Positions 1 to 8,640 of a stretch of DNA of 64,000 nucleotides are shown here, piece after piece (the first letter of the stretch is position 1; each line of letters starts with the position of its first letter). The stretch comes from a virus. A model generated the notes under the pieces. The model worked only from the letters and a program-made list of their open reading frames with translations. It was not told the origin of the DNA and did not search any database. The DNA lies in IMG/VR virus record IMGVR_UViG_3300048904_000313, positions 9,468-73,467 of that record; one strand, given 5' to 3'. Position numbers and translations under genes: made by a program.

Positions 1-370
1 GCTCGTAGTCGGCGCGGTTGAGCACCCGCCACAGCGAGAGCTCCACCGCCCGGTCACTGGCCTGCCGGTAGTGGGAGCCGACGTGGTCCCACCAGTCCCC
101 GCGCCAGAACACGGTGCGGGTCACCGGGCTGCCAGCCACCGTGCGGACGTCGTCCCAGCGGTCGAGCAGGTCCACCGCCACCGGCATCGGCGCGTTCGGG
201 TTCGCGGTGAGGAAGCGGTCTCGGTTCGGCTCGCGACGCGGCGTGGCCTCCCCGTCCCCGTTGCCCTCTCCCCCGCCGCCCGCCGCCACCGCTACCGGCT
301 GCGGCGGGTGAGCCATCATTGACTCCACGGCCTCCAGCACCTCGGCTGGGGTCTCCCAGGTATCAGTCAC
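1..370 (-). CDS. P4-family/D5-like primase-helicase, N-terminal part (runs off window)
   Basis: Hand translation from GTG at 370 (overlaps stop of prim-pol): MTDTWETP...TVFWRGDWWDHVGSHYRQASDRAVELSLWRVLNRADYE, resembling the N-terminal region of actinobacterial P4-family primases; directly downstream of prim-pol. Confidence 0.7.
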   Translation of the reverse strand, partial: MTDTWETPAEVLEAVESMMAHPPQPVAVAAGGGGEGNGDGEATPRREPNRDRFLTANPNAPMPVAVDLLDRWDDVRTVAGSPVTRTVFWRGDWWDHVGSHYRQASDRAVELSLWRVLNRADYE

Positions 371-1482
371 GCCTCTCCCTCAGCCACCTTGTAGAGGTGC
401 CGGCGGTACGCCGACTCGATCGTGTACGCCGCGTTGCGGCTCTCGAGGTTGGACACCGGCGCGGCGGCCTTCAGCACGGCCATCTCCACCACGTCCTTGT
501 CCCACCCGCCCTCCAGGAGGTTGAGCGTGCACTGGTAGATCGCGAGGTTCCAGCCCCCGACGCGGTTCGCCTCCGCCACCACGTCCAGCTCCCCCTGCAC
601 CCACGCCCGCAGCAGGTTGCCGTCCGCCTCCCCGGTGGGCAGCGCCAGCACTCGTCGCCGGCCCTGCGTCGCCACCAGGTTGAGGGCCTGCCGCCGCTCC
701 CGGCCCACGGCGGGCAGGTGATGGTTGACGTCCCGCAGCCACCGCGCGAGCCAGTCCGGCATCGTCATCACCGGGAAGTCTCGCACCACCTCGTAGCCCG
801 GCGTCGGCGGCGCGGCCACCCAGGACCGGTCACTGCCCGCGTTGTGCGCCACCACGTCGACTCGCCACTCGTGGCGGTGCCCACTGTTCGACAGCTTGAT
901 CTGCGGGTTCTCGCGGAAGTAGAAGTGGTGCCCGCCCGACTTCGTCTCCACCGTGTACGTGGAGAGCTCCACCATCGAGTGACCCAGCCCCTCCACCTCT
1001 CGCTGCAGGTCGGCCAGGCCGTACTTCACCACCTCCGGCTGCCGCACCTCCAGGCGAGCGCTGCTGCCGGTCACCACGAAGTCGGTCTCCGCGTCGTACC
1101 GCTTCACGTCGCAGTCGATCACCACGAGCCCTGACGAGGCGGGAAACAGCGCGATGTCGCAGGGCTGCGGCTTCTGCCCGCGCCTGAACCGGTAGCCGTT
1201 CGTCACCGCGTCGTGGAGCTCCGCCCACGTGATCGAGCCGCTCTGGTTCCAGTACTTCTCCGCGTAGTCGCGGTCACCCTGCGTGGCGTCCTTGCTCAGG
1301 TTCTCCGGCCGAGAGATGGCCGGCCGCCTGGGGTAGTCGTCGGTCTTGCGGTAGAGGGGGCGGTGCTGCCACACGCCCTCCGGGTTCCAGTGCGCCGGGT
1401 ACGGCTCGCCCGCGAACTGGGTCTCTTCCGGGGTCTCTTCACTGTCTGCCGCCTGGCTCAGCGCGGCCATGTTCAGCGTCAC
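367..1482 (-). CDS. Bifunctional DNA primase/polymerase (prim-pol)
   Basis: Motifs SGLVVIDCDVK, TYTVETKSGGHHFYF, VDVVAH...WVAAPPT...MPDWL; start placed at GTG 1482 after GAGGTG RBS (ORF track extends to 1545). Confidence 0.85.
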   Translation of the reverse strand: MTLNMAALSQAADSEETPEETQFAGEPYPAHWNPEGVWQHRPLYRKTDDYPRRPAISRPENLSKDATQGDRDYAEKYWNQSGSITWAELHDAVTNGYRFRRGQKPQPCDIALFPASSGLVVIDCDVKRYDAETDFVVTGSSARLEVRQPEVVKYGLADLQREVEGLGHSMVELSTYTVETKSGGHHFYFRENPQIKLSNSGHRHEWRVDVVAHNAGSDRSWVAAPPTPGYEVVRDFPVMTMPDWLARWLRDVNHHLPAVGRERRQALNLVATQGRRRVLALPTGEADGNLLRAWVQGELDVVAEANRVGGWNLAIYQCTLNLLEGGWDKDVVEMAVLKAAAPVSNLESRNAAYTIESAYRRHLYKVAEGEA

Positions 1483-1606
1483 CGAAGCGCCACCTCTGTC
1501 CGTTTCAAGCCTGAACAGGGTATAGTAGCCCGCATAACGCGTCACCTCTCCTCAATCCCGTGGTGATGCCCATCCTACCTGGCGCGCCAACGCCAAGAGG
1601 AGACGA

Positions 1607-1640
1607 GGAAGGCCCCCGGCCAAAGCCAGGGGCCTTCTTC
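1607..1640 (-). terminator. Stem-loop, probable intrinsic terminator
   Basis: GAAGGCCCCTGGC-TTTG-GCCGGGGGCCTTC on minus strand, downstream of gene ending at 1698. Confidence 0.6.
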
Positions 1641-1697
1641 CGTGTCTGACCAACCTTATACCCGAACTCTGCCGCTGACCAGGGGCGTTGTCCCTGG

Positions 1698-2036
1698 TCA
1701 GAAGCCTGCCGCGTCGTCCGCCGACGCGGCGCAGTCGCCACAGAAGACGCTGCGAGGCTTGGGTCCCTTCGCCAGGTCGTGGAGGACCTTCACCGGCGCC
1801 TCGCCGTGCGAGAGCGCGTGACACGGCACCTCGACCTCCCGCACCATCTGCAGCGCGAGCACCCTGGTCTCCGGGGTGGTGATCATCACGGCGCCGTCGC
1901 GGCCGTCGTCGTAGATCGTGCGCATGGCGCTGTCGTAGTGGTGCGGTGAGTTCGAGCTCACCGTGTAGGTGCTGCCGTTCGCCGCCGGCTTGAACTTGTC
2001 GTGGCGCTTGAGCTCGCCCACCGTCGTCTCGATCAC
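1698..2036 (-). CDS. Hypothetical protein (C-terminal Cys/His motif)
   Basis: ORF with GTG start at 2036 overlapping the upstream stop; GC3-biased codons; PCH...FCGDC. Confidence 0.6.
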   Translation of the reverse strand: MIETTVGELKRHDKFKPAANGSTYTVSSNSPHHYDSAMRTIYDDGRDGAVMITTPETRVLALQMVREVEVPCHALSHGEAPVKVLHDLAKGPKPRSVFCGDCAASADDAAGF

Positions 2037-2269
2037 TTCTTCCGCCCTCTCTTCAGGTTCCGCTCCGTGGCCGCGCACGACGCGCAGCCCATGCTCTTGC
2101 CGGTGGTCACGTTGCTGGCGACGACGTCGTCGGTGAAGCCGCATTCGCACCTCACGCGCCACTTCGAGTAGTTGCCACCCTGGTACCCGAGCCGCTGTAT
2201 CAGCGTCCAGCGACCGAACTTCTGGCCGACCTCATACTTGTGGGCTGGCCCGCTCTTCTCGCTGCCCAT
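2033..2269 (-). CDS. Small protein similar to the N-terminal module of HNH/AP2 homing endonucleases
   Basis: GQKFGRWTLI...WRVRCECG...SNVTTGKSMGCASC; ATG at 2269 overlaps upstream stop. Confidence 0.65.
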   Translation of the reverse strand: MGSEKSGPAHKYEVGQKFGRWTLIQRLGYQGGNYSKWRVRCECGFTDDVVASNVTTGKSMGCASCAATERNLKRGRKK

Positions 2270-2457
2270 CAGTCGCTCCGCTTGAGGCAGCCACAGCTTC
2301 GGGTGACTCCCTGCATGAGGTTGCTGGCGCGTACCGGCGTCTCGTTGCCGCAGTCGCAGTCGCACTTCCAGCGCGCCTCGCCGCGGGACCCGGACGGCAG
2401 CTGACTCACCACCTTGAGTCGGCCGAACCGCTGGCCGGTCAGGTCTTTCGCCTTCAC
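2269..2457 (-). CDS. Small protein similar to the N-terminal module of HNH/AP2 homing endonucleases
   Basis: DLTGQRFGRLKVV...WKCDCDCGNE..V.ASNL..G.TRSCGCLK; no nuclease domain follows. Confidence 0.75.
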   Translation of the reverse strand: MKAKDLTGQRFGRLKVVSQLPSGSRGEARWKCDCDCGNETPVRASNLMQGVTRSCGCLKRSD

Positions 2458-2470
2458 TTCCTCACCCTCT

Positions 2471-2740
2471 CTACCTGTTCCGTCCCTCTCGTGGCACCCG
2501 GGTTGGGAGCCACAGCTCTCGGAAGAGCATGGTGAGGAGCCGGCCCTCCTCGTGCACCGCGTCGTGACGGAGCGTGCCGTCCACCCAGCGGGCGAGGAGC
2601 AGCGCGCCAGCGCGGTGCGAGACCTGCCAGTACACCACGTCTTCCAGCTTGCGGAGCACGTTCCAGGCCTCGACCGGCTCGAGGGCCTCGCGTTCGAAGC
2701 CCTCGTTGCCCCTCTCGTCGCCGCTCTCAGTCGCTGGCAC
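2471..2740 (-). CDS. Hypothetical protein
   Basis: In-frame GTG at 2740 within ORF 2471..2920; fills the gap between neighbouring genes. Confidence 0.5.
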   Translation of the reverse strand: MPATESGDERGNEGFEREALEPVEAWNVLRKLEDVVYWQVSHRAGALLLARWVDGTLRHDAVHEEGRLLTMLFRELWLPTRVPREGRNR

Positions 2741-3497
2741 CCTGGGCCTTAGCGTCCCGCTGCCAGCGCCGCACGGTGACCAGGAGGGCGTTCCGCATCC
2801 CCCGCCAGCCCGCGAACAGCGCCCAGCTGTTGGCCTGCGCGACCAGCTGCAGGTCCTCCGGCTCCATGTTGAGCCGGAGCCGCTGGCAGCCGGCCACGAG
2901 CACGTGCCCGTCCAGGTCACCGTCGGCGCGGTAGACGAGGACCGGCTCCTCGAGGTAGCCCTCCAGCACGATCACGTCGGTACGGGAGCGCACCGTCGCG
3001 CCGTCTCCCACGTTGCCGAGTCGCAGCTGCGCGTCCCCGGAGAGGTGCGCGTTCCCGTTGACGACCGCTCGGCCGCACACGTACGCGTTCTCCTCCATCA
3101 CGGCGTTGTCGCTCACGCTGCCGTTGCCGGAGACGCAGACGTTGCCCGAGACGCGTGCCTGGCCACCGACGTACCCGCGCTCGGAGATGACCGCCCAGCC
3201 GCTCACCACCGCGTCACCCACCACCTGGGCGTTCTCCATGACGCGAGCGTAGTACCGCACCACCGCGTCATTGCCGATCTTGGCGTCGTTGGTGACCATG
3301 GCGTTCTCCATGACCACGGCATTACCGTATACCCAGCACTTGCCGGCGTGGGAGAGCGACATCTCATCGGCGATGAAGCCGCCGAGGTCGCCCTTCTGCA
3401 CCCCGCGCCTCACGTCTCGCAGGGCGCGGATGCGCTTGACGGTCTTCCCGTCCACCACCTTGGTCTCGTCGGTGAACTCGTACTTCTTCTCGTTCAT
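2727..3497 (-). CDS. Left-handed beta-helix (hexapeptide repeat) phage protein
   Basis: MNEKKYEFTDETKVVDGKTVKRIRALRD...GDLGGFI..E..LSH.GKCWVYGNA followed by V.GNA.V-type hexapeptide repeats; own promoter and RBS. Confidence 0.8.
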   Translation of the reverse strand: MNEKKYEFTDETKVVDGKTVKRIRALRDVRRGVQKGDLGGFIADEMSLSHAGKCWVYGNAVVMENAMVTNDAKIGNDAVVRYYARVMENAQVVGDAVVSGWAVISERGYVGGQARVSGNVCVSGNGSVSDNAVMEENAYVCGRAVVNGNAHLSGDAQLRLGNVGDGATVRSRTDVIVLEGYLEEPVLVYRADGDLDGHVLVAGCQRLRLNMEPEDLQLVAQANSWALFAGWRGMRNALLVTVRRWQRDAKAQGASD

Positions 3498-3535
3498 CGC
3501 TTCCTCGTCTCTTCCGGTTCCACCCTGTTGATACA

Positions 3536-3564
3536 ACAATACCAACAGTGTCTGCGTCTGTCCA
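3536..3564 (-). promoter_or_regulatory. Sigma70/HrdB-type promoter
   Basis: TGGACA-N17(ending TGG)-TATTGT on minus strand upstream of 3497. Confidence 0.7.
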
Positions 3565-3570
3565 GCCCCC

Positions 3571-3876
3571 TCAGCCCTGTCGCGTCGCAACCTGTCGCAT
3601 GAGGGAGCCACACCGCTCGCAGAGGTCCAGCCACCGCCACTCCCGCCGGCCCTGCCGCTGCGAGAGAAACGTCTCCGCTGCCGGCACGCCACAGCGCAGG
3701 CAGGGGTGGTCCTCGTGGACGAGCCGGCGGTGGACCGCCACCTCCGTCTGGAACCGCGCCCAGTCGGGTGCGGCCTCCAGGAGGTCGGGCACCGCGTCCA
3801 GGAGGTTCAGCATGGCGAGCATGGAGGCGAGGTCGTCCGCCTCCCCGCCGTCCCGTACCGCGCTCACCGACAGCAC
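3571..3876 (-). CDS. Hypothetical protein with two CxxC motifs
   Basis: ORF track; CLRC and CERC. Confidence 0.6.
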   Translation of the reverse strand: MLSVSAVRDGGEADDLASMLAMLNLLDAVPDLLEAAPDWARFQTEVAVHRRLVHEDHPCLRCGVPAAETFLSQRQGRREWRWLDLCERCGSLMRQVATRQG

Positions 3877-4043
3877 CGCCTCTCACTGTCGTCCGCCGCC
3901 TTGATCGCTGCCAGACCGGCAAGTCGCGCCTCGTCCGCGGAGATCCGCAGAAGGTGACAGGTCCCATCCACGAAGATGGTCACCTCCACCTCCCCGTCTC
4001 CCTCGTAGCCACGCTTGGCCTCGAACCCCACGGAGTCGATCAC
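3864..4043 (-). CDS. Small hypothetical protein (59 aa, not in ORF track)
   Basis: Hand translation GTG 4043: MIDSVGFEAKRGYEGDGEVEVTIFVDG...; GTGA overlap with the upstream stop. Confidence 0.55.
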   Translation of the reverse strand: MIDSVGFEAKRGYEGDGEVEVTIFVDGTCHLLRISADEARLAGLAAIKAADDSERRCCR

Positions 4044-4267
4044 AACACCTCCAGGTGTCTTGCCGTCTCCACGCGGGTGACGTGGTACTGGTTCGCGTAC
4101 GTGGTGATCACGTCCTCGACGCTCAGCTCCGTCTGGACGAGGAACGTGTGGTGCTTACCCGTCTGATCGGTACACGTCTCGTCGCCCAGCGGGCACTCCC
4201 CAGTGACCTTGTTCAACGGGTCGTGGCCGGGGGTGCCCGCCAGCTTGACGGTGACGACGTACAGCAT
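4040..4267 (-). CDS. Hypothetical protein
   Basis: ORF track; purine-rich RBS; phage codon bias. Confidence 0.65.
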   Translation of the reverse strand: MLYVVTVKLAGTPGHDPLNKVTGECPLGDETCTDQTGKHHTFLVQTELSVEDVITTYANQYHVTRVETARHLEVL

Positions 4268-4285
4268 AGCCCTTCCTTCCCTTCC

Positions 4286-5677
4286 TCAGTACCGTGCCAC
4301 AACCAGGCGTGACCGGGCCCGCGTCACCGCGGTGTACATCCAGCGGGCGTAGTCCTGCGGGGACTCCTCCAGCACGAGGACGTCCTCCCACTCCGAGCCC
4401 TGCGCCTTGTGCGCCGTGATGGCGTAGGCGTAGTCCCACAGCCTGGCACCCACCGGTCGCTCGTTCAGGGCGAGCGGCTTGTCTCGCCCGAACTGCGCCA
4501 ACGCCACGTTGGCGACCAGCACGTTGCCGAGCTCCTCCAGGTTCACGACCAGGTCGCAAGTCTTCGCTCGCTCCGCCACCACGGCCATGACGGTGCCCTG
4601 CATGCCGTTGTGCGCGGTGACTGTGTCGCCCAGGTCGAGGCCGCCCCACGCCGTGTCGGGGCCGATCACGTTGCGGACCAGGGGCACCGCGCACCGGGCC
4701 AGGGCCACCACGCGATCACCAGCCCGTACCACCGGGCCGGAGCCGTGGAACTTCTTGTTGACGTTCGCGCGCAGCTTATTCCACGGGCAGATGATCGCTG
4801 GCGGCTCCACCCCGCGCTCACGGTACCGCTCCGGCCGGAGGAGGTCACCCACGCCTGGCTCGTTGCGGCCGATGATGAGGGTACGGCCGTCCCCGTACAC
4901 GCCGAGACCCGGCTTCTTCCCGCCGCGGAAGGCCAGGGCGACGTCCACGATGCCGCTGGTGTCGTTCGCTTGCCGGTGGTTCTCCAGGAGGGAGACGTCG
5001 GGGTTGGCCGTCCAGCGGTTCATGCGGGCGAGGACGGGCGGCAGCTGGCCGTGGTCTCCCACCAGGAGCACCGGCACGCCGAAGGCGCGAATGCGGAGGA
5101 GGTCCTCCTCCGACACCATCGACGACTCGTCGATGACGAGTAGGTCGGCGTGGCTGCGGAGGTAGGGGCGGTCGTCCCAGCGGAGCTGCTCGTCCACCAC
5201 GCAGGTGTCCTTGCACGTGCCACACGGCTCAAAGGCGCGCGGGCAGGAGCAGTCCTCCGGGTTGCCACAGGTGCAGTTCGTGAGGCCGAGGTCTCGCACC
5301 GGCCGCCGTGACTTGAGGCAGACCGTGCGGGAGTTGGGGTAGTACACCAGGCTGTGGAACGTGTTGACGCGCTCCCGCGCCCCCGGGTCCAGTTTCCCGC
5401 GCAGCACCCTGGCTGCCTTGTGGGTGGGCACCGCGAACGAGACGCGGCAGGCCAGGCTGGCCTCCAGCCAGCGCATGACCGTGGTCTTGCCGGTGCCGGC
5501 CTCGCCGCCGAGAGAGTAGACGGGGGCCTCCCCGCCCTCCAGCCCGTGGGTGTGCTCGTAGGGCGCGCACTGCTCATCGTCGCAGTAGCGGACGCTGCCG
5601 TCCACGCTGGCGAACCACGCGCCGATCCGCTTGATCGCCGCGTCCTGGTCAGGACTCAGGTCCTGAAGGCTCAGCAT
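4286..5677 (-). CDS. RecD/Dda-like superfamily 1B helicase
   Basis: GEAGTGKTT, LVIDESSMV, LVGDHGQLPPV, YAITAHKAQGSEW, YTAVTRAR. Confidence 0.9.
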   Translation of the reverse strand: MLSLQDLSPDQDAAIKRIGAWFASVDGSVRYCDDEQCAPYEHTHGLEGGEAPVYSLGGEAGTGKTTVMRWLEASLACRVSFAVPTHKAARVLRGKLDPGARERVNTFHSLVYYPNSRTVCLKSRRPVRDLGLTNCTCGNPEDCSCPRAFEPCGTCKDTCVVDEQLRWDDRPYLRSHADLLVIDESSMVSEEDLLRIRAFGVPVLLVGDHGQLPPVLARMNRWTANPDVSLLENHRQANDTSGIVDVALAFRGGKKPGLGVYGDGRTLIIGRNEPGVGDLLRPERYRERGVEPPAIICPWNKLRANVNKKFHGSGPVVRAGDRVVALARCAVPLVRNVIGPDTAWGGLDLGDTVTAHNGMQGTVMAVVAERAKTCDLVVNLEELGNVLVANVALAQFGRDKPLALNERPVGARLWDYAYAITAHKAQGSEWEDVLVLEESPQDYARWMYTAVTRARSRLVVARY

Positions 5678-5957
5678 CGTACGCCTCCCTCAGTTTCTCG
5701 AAGTACGTGGCCGCCGTGGCAGCAACCGGTGCCAGCTTGACCATGGCCTCGGTGACGAGGCTGAGGTCGGGCAGGTCGTGGATCGGACGATCGCGGCGAA
5801 GCTGCCACACCGGATCGCAGAACGTGTCCAGGTGCGGGGGCACGACGCGGCGAGGCTGCTCAGGAACGCGATAGGCGTGGCACCCGCAGGCCCGCCAGCC
5901 ACCGGTTCGGTGACTGCGGGACCGCAGGGCCATCTGCCGGCGATAGCGCCTGTTCAT
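5649..5957 (-). CDS. Hypothetical protein
   Basis: ORF track; RBS-like GAGAGACC upstream. Confidence 0.5.
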   Translation of the reverse strand: MNRRYRRQMALRSRSHRTGGWRACGCHAYRVPEQPRRVVPPHLDTFCDPVWQLRRDRPIHDLPDLSLVTEAMVKLAPVAATAATYFEKLREAYDAEPSGPES

Positions 5958-5967
5958 CCGCGGTCTC

Positions 5968-6162
5968 TCAGAGACCCTGGGCGTGCGCGCGAGCCTTCAT
6001 CTTGGCCTTCTCGCGCAGCGCCGGCCCGTTCGTGTCGAAGCCGCCACCGGGGCACGGCGTGTCACGCGTGGTGTGTACGGGCACCAGGCCGTTGGGGAGC
6101 AGCAGGTAGAACCCACCACACGGCTCCCACGGGCACTCATACCGCTCTCCCTGACTTCTCAC
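5968..6162 (-). CDS. Small Cys/His protein
   Basis: CPWEPC...H...CPGG; overlaps upstream stop. Confidence 0.6.
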   Translation of the reverse strand: MRSQGERYECPWEPCGGFYLLLPNGLVPVHTTRDTPCPGGGFDTNGPALREKAKMKARAHAQGL

Positions 6163-6389
6163 AGACGCGTGTCCTCGCTTCCTTGTTGGTCCTTCATGTC
6201 GTAGGCCAGGGACGTCTTCAGGTCACCGGCCACGTCTTCCGCACTGAACTGCCGCAGCGTGAGGTCGGACAGCGTCAGCCGTCGCTCCTCCCTGCCGTCC
6301 TCGTTGAGGAGCACCAGGTCCCGGTCACCCTCCAGCGCCACGCTGAACAGCACGCGACGCTGAGGGGTGGCCTTGGCTTGGGGTCCCAC
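6159..6389 (-). CDS. Hypothetical protein
   Basis: ORF track; tightly packed with neighbours. Confidence 0.55.
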   Translation of the reverse strand: MGPQAKATPQRRVLFSVALEGDRDLVLLNEDGREERRLTLSDLTLRQFSAEDVAGDLKTSLAYDMKDQQGSEDTRL

Positions 6390-6391
6390 GG

Positions 6392-6556
6392 CTACGGCTT
6401 GCCGATCTTGCGGGTGCCGATGACCTTGTCGAAGCGGCCCTTGAACTGCCTCTCGAACTTCTGCTTGGCCTCGGTCTCGCTCGCCGCCTCCGTGCTCACC
6501 TCCGCGGTCTCCTTGCGGCCCCTGCGGGTGAACTCGTAGTGGATGCCGATCTTCAC
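6392..6556 (-). CDS. Small basic hypothetical protein
   Basis: GTG at 6556 (MKIGIHYEF...) overlapping the upstream stop. Confidence 0.6.
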   Translation of the reverse strand: MKIGIHYEFTRRGRKETAEVSTEAASETEAKQKFERQFKGRFDKVIGTRKIGKP

Positions 6557-6945
6557 GTCACTTCCTCCATCTCTACGAGGCGCAGCGGCAGCCGCAGTCG
6601 TCCCTGCTCGTCGTGAGGGTACGCCTTCGCCTCGTCTCGGGTGTACAGCTTCAGCCACGCGTCGGCGGCCACGTCCAGGAAGTCACAGTACGGCCGGCCC
6701 GTGTCGCGCAGCTTCACCAGCACCGACAGCCGGTGGTGGGTCGGCAGCTCGCGGCTCGGGTCCGTCTTCAGGTCAACCTGAACCAGTGTGAACACGTGGT
6801 TGCCGTCGGGGTCCAGGCTCGCCGCGATCCCGTCGGGGAGGTTGCGACTGAACCCGGTCTTCTTGGCGTCCACGTACAGCTGCATCAGGTCGGCCGTACC
6901 CGCCACGCGGCTCTCACCGAGAGCCGCGAGGGTGATCTCACTCAT
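6553..6945 (-). CDS. Hypothetical protein
   Basis: ORF track; promoter and RBS directly upstream. Confidence 0.7.
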   Translation of the reverse strand: MSEITLAALGESRVAGTADLMQLYVDAKKTGFSRNLPDGIAASLDPDGNHVFTLVQVDLKTDPSRELPTHHRLSVLVKLRDTGRPYCDFLDVAADAWLKLYTRDEAKAYPHDEQGRLRLPLRLVEMEEVT

Positions 6946-6975
6946 CCTGTTCCTTCCTGCTCACTTCCTGGTCCC

Positions 6976-7004
6976 AGCATACCAGCTCGGATCAGCGGAG
7001 TCCA
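6976..7004 (-). promoter_or_regulatory. Sigma70/HrdB-type promoter
   Basis: TGGACT-N17(ending TGG)-TATGCT on minus strand. Confidence 0.65.
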
Positions 7005-7363
7005 ACGTAGTTCCAGAGCGCGAGGGTCGACACCGTACCGTCTGACCACTCAACGGTGGCCTCGTAGTAGGTGTCCCTCTCCGGCGGGCAGACCAGCTCC
7101 CCGTCGTCCCAGAGGCCGTCGCAGTGGACGAGGTGACCCTCTCCCAGGTCGGAGACCACGACCGGCGGCGCCCACCGCCCGTCGCGCATCATCTCCTTGA
7201 CCCTCGCGAACTCCCGCACCGCCCAGCCGGGCGCGGTGGCCTGCCACGGCCCGTGCAGATGCACGTCGTGGATCCACCGGGCGCTGAGCCCGTCCTCCCC
7301 CTCACGCGTCTCCAGCACGCTGCCGTCCGCCTGGACGGTCCGCACCGTGTTGTCCTCGCTCAC
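6992..7363 (-). CDS. Hypothetical protein
   Basis: ORF track; GTGA-coupled to upstream gene. Confidence 0.65.
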   Translation of the reverse strand: MSEDNTVRTVQADGSVLETREGEDGLSARWIHDVHLHGPWQATAPGWAVREFARVKEMMRDGRWAPPVVVSDLGEGHLVHCDGLWDDGELVCPPERDTYYEATVEWSDGTVSTLALWNYVGLR

Positions 7364-7578
7364 CGGATCTTCAGCTCCGACGTGCGAAGGCGAGCGTGGT
7401 CGGGACGGCCGACCACGTGCCAGGGGTAGTAGTCGGGGTGACCGGTGGGCTTGCCACCCACGACGTCCTTGCGAGGCTTGTGCTCCACGACCTCGTTCGG
7501 GTAGTCCGAGCGGGTGGAGCCCACCAGGGTCTCGCCGGACGCGATGGCCGCCAAGGCCTCGCTCTGTGTCAGGTGCAT
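7360..7578 (-). CDS. Hypothetical protein (first leftward gene)
   Basis: ATG at 7578 after GGAGGGAAGAGACG. Confidence 0.65.
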   Translation of the reverse strand: MHLTQSEALAAIASGETLVGSTRSDYPNEVVEHKPRKDVVGGKPTGHPDYYPWHVVGRPDHARLRTSELKIR

Positions 7579-7606
7579 CGTCTCTTCCCTCCGTTCCGTT
7601 GTGCCA

Positions 7607-7641
7607 ACCGTATACCTATATGCGCGGGAGAGTCCAGTCAA
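7607..7641 (-). promoter_or_regulatory. Leftward promoter of the divergent control region
   Basis: TTGACT-N17-TAGGTA, or overlapping TGGACT-N18-TACGGT. Confidence 0.6.
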
Positions 7642-7650
7642 CGTCGGGAG

Positions 7651-7679
7651 TGTACATCCCGGTTGACGGGGTGTATACT
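7651..7679 (+). promoter_or_regulatory. Rightward promoter of the divergent control region
   Basis: TGTACA-N17-TATACT. Confidence 0.7.
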
Positions 7680-7791
7680 CAGCTCAGCACGTCACGGTGC
7701 GGCCCCGCTTCACCCACGTTCCTCTCCTTGGTCGGTCGGTGCCGGGGTGAGCGGGGGTCACCGTGACTCAGGAAGAGGAAGGAAGCCGTTC

Positions 7792-8151
7792 GTGAGTGAG
7801 CTCGCAGACCCGGTAGCGGTTCCCGCGTCCCCGACGCGGTCCCGTCTCAACCCCTACGCCCCGGTGGGCGCCAGGCACTTCCGTCCCCGCGACGTGGCCT
7901 ACGTCGTGGCGGCACCCCTGGCTCACCGCCAGCAGGGCGAGCAGTTCTGGGTGGTCACGTCCGCCACCTGGCTCGCCGGCTGGGAGGTCAACAAGCGAGT
8001 GCGCTTGGCGACCGCCACCCACGCGGTGGAGGTCACCGTCAAGGGGATCATGGACTTCGCCACCGTTACGGCGGAGGGCTCCATTCCCAACCTGCGCATG
8101 CCGCACTGGCAGGCGCAGCCGCAGTCAAGGAAGGAAGCGATCAAGAAGTGA
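7792..8151 (+). CDS. Hypothetical protein
   Basis: GTG at 7792 after a GGAAG-rich leader, in frame with ORF 7396..8151. Confidence 0.6.
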   Translation: MSELADPVAVPASPTRSRLNPYAPVGARHFRPRDVAYVVAAPLAHRQQGEQFWVVTSATWLAGWEVNKRVRLATATHAVEVTVKGIMDFATVTAEGSIPNLRMPHWQAQPQSRKEAIKK

Positions 8152-8597
8152 CTGGACACCTGAACCAGCAGTACCTGCACGAGCGCGTGGCGGCGGACGC
8201 CAACGTGCCCATTGAGGTCGCGAAGCGCGTCGTGGAGTCCTATCAGGACGTGATCCTGCGCGCTCTCATCGCCGGCGAGTCCGTGCGTCAGACCAACTTC
8301 ATGTCGCTCCACGTGGTGGAGCGCAACGAGCGGCAGGCTCACAACCCGCAGACCGGGGAGAAGGTCACCGTGCCGGCCACGAAGACCGTCAAGGTCACCG
8401 TCCTGCCCCGCGTCCTGGAGCTGGTGCGGACCGGCACCATGGAGATCGACGGCCAGCTCGTGACCACTCGCAAGCTTCCCAAGGGCGCAAAGGGCATCGT
8501 GCCCGTCGTCACCGCGGACCCCCGCGTGAAGAAGCCGCGGGTCCGCGTGGCCAAGCCGCGCCCCAAGAAGCGCGTGAGTGCCCGCAAGACCGCCTGA
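8148..8597 (+). CDS. HU/IHF-like DNA-binding protein with basic C-terminal tail
   Basis: GESVRQTNF.SLHVVERNERQAHNPQTGEKVTVPATKTVKV matches the HU beta-arm consensus; Lys/Arg/Pro-rich tail. Confidence 0.85.
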   Translation: MTGHLNQQYLHERVAADANVPIEVAKRVVESYQDVILRALIAGESVRQTNFMSLHVVERNERQAHNPQTGEKVTVPATKTVKVTVLPRVLELVRTGTMEIDGQLVTTRKLPKGAKGIVPVVTADPRVKKPRVRVAKPRPKKRVSARKTA

Positions 8598-8610
8598 TCA
8601 ACTGCCAGGG

Positions 8611-8640
8611 TGTACAGGCACCCTGACTCACTGGTAACCT
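8611..8640 (+). promoter_or_regulatory. Sigma70/HrdB-type promoter
   Basis: TGTACA-N18(ending TGG)-TAACCT. Confidence 0.65.

Noticed and set aside
1483-1545. N-terminal extension MTRYAGYYTLF... of prim-pol
   Set aside because: It is AT-rich with atypical codons, and the RBS spacing is better for GTG at 1482. It is probably leader sequence.
1650-1685. Minus-strand promoter-like TGGTCA-N17-TAAGGT
   Set aside because: The -35 is weak and it points straight into a terminator hairpin about 15 nt away, with no ORF between them.
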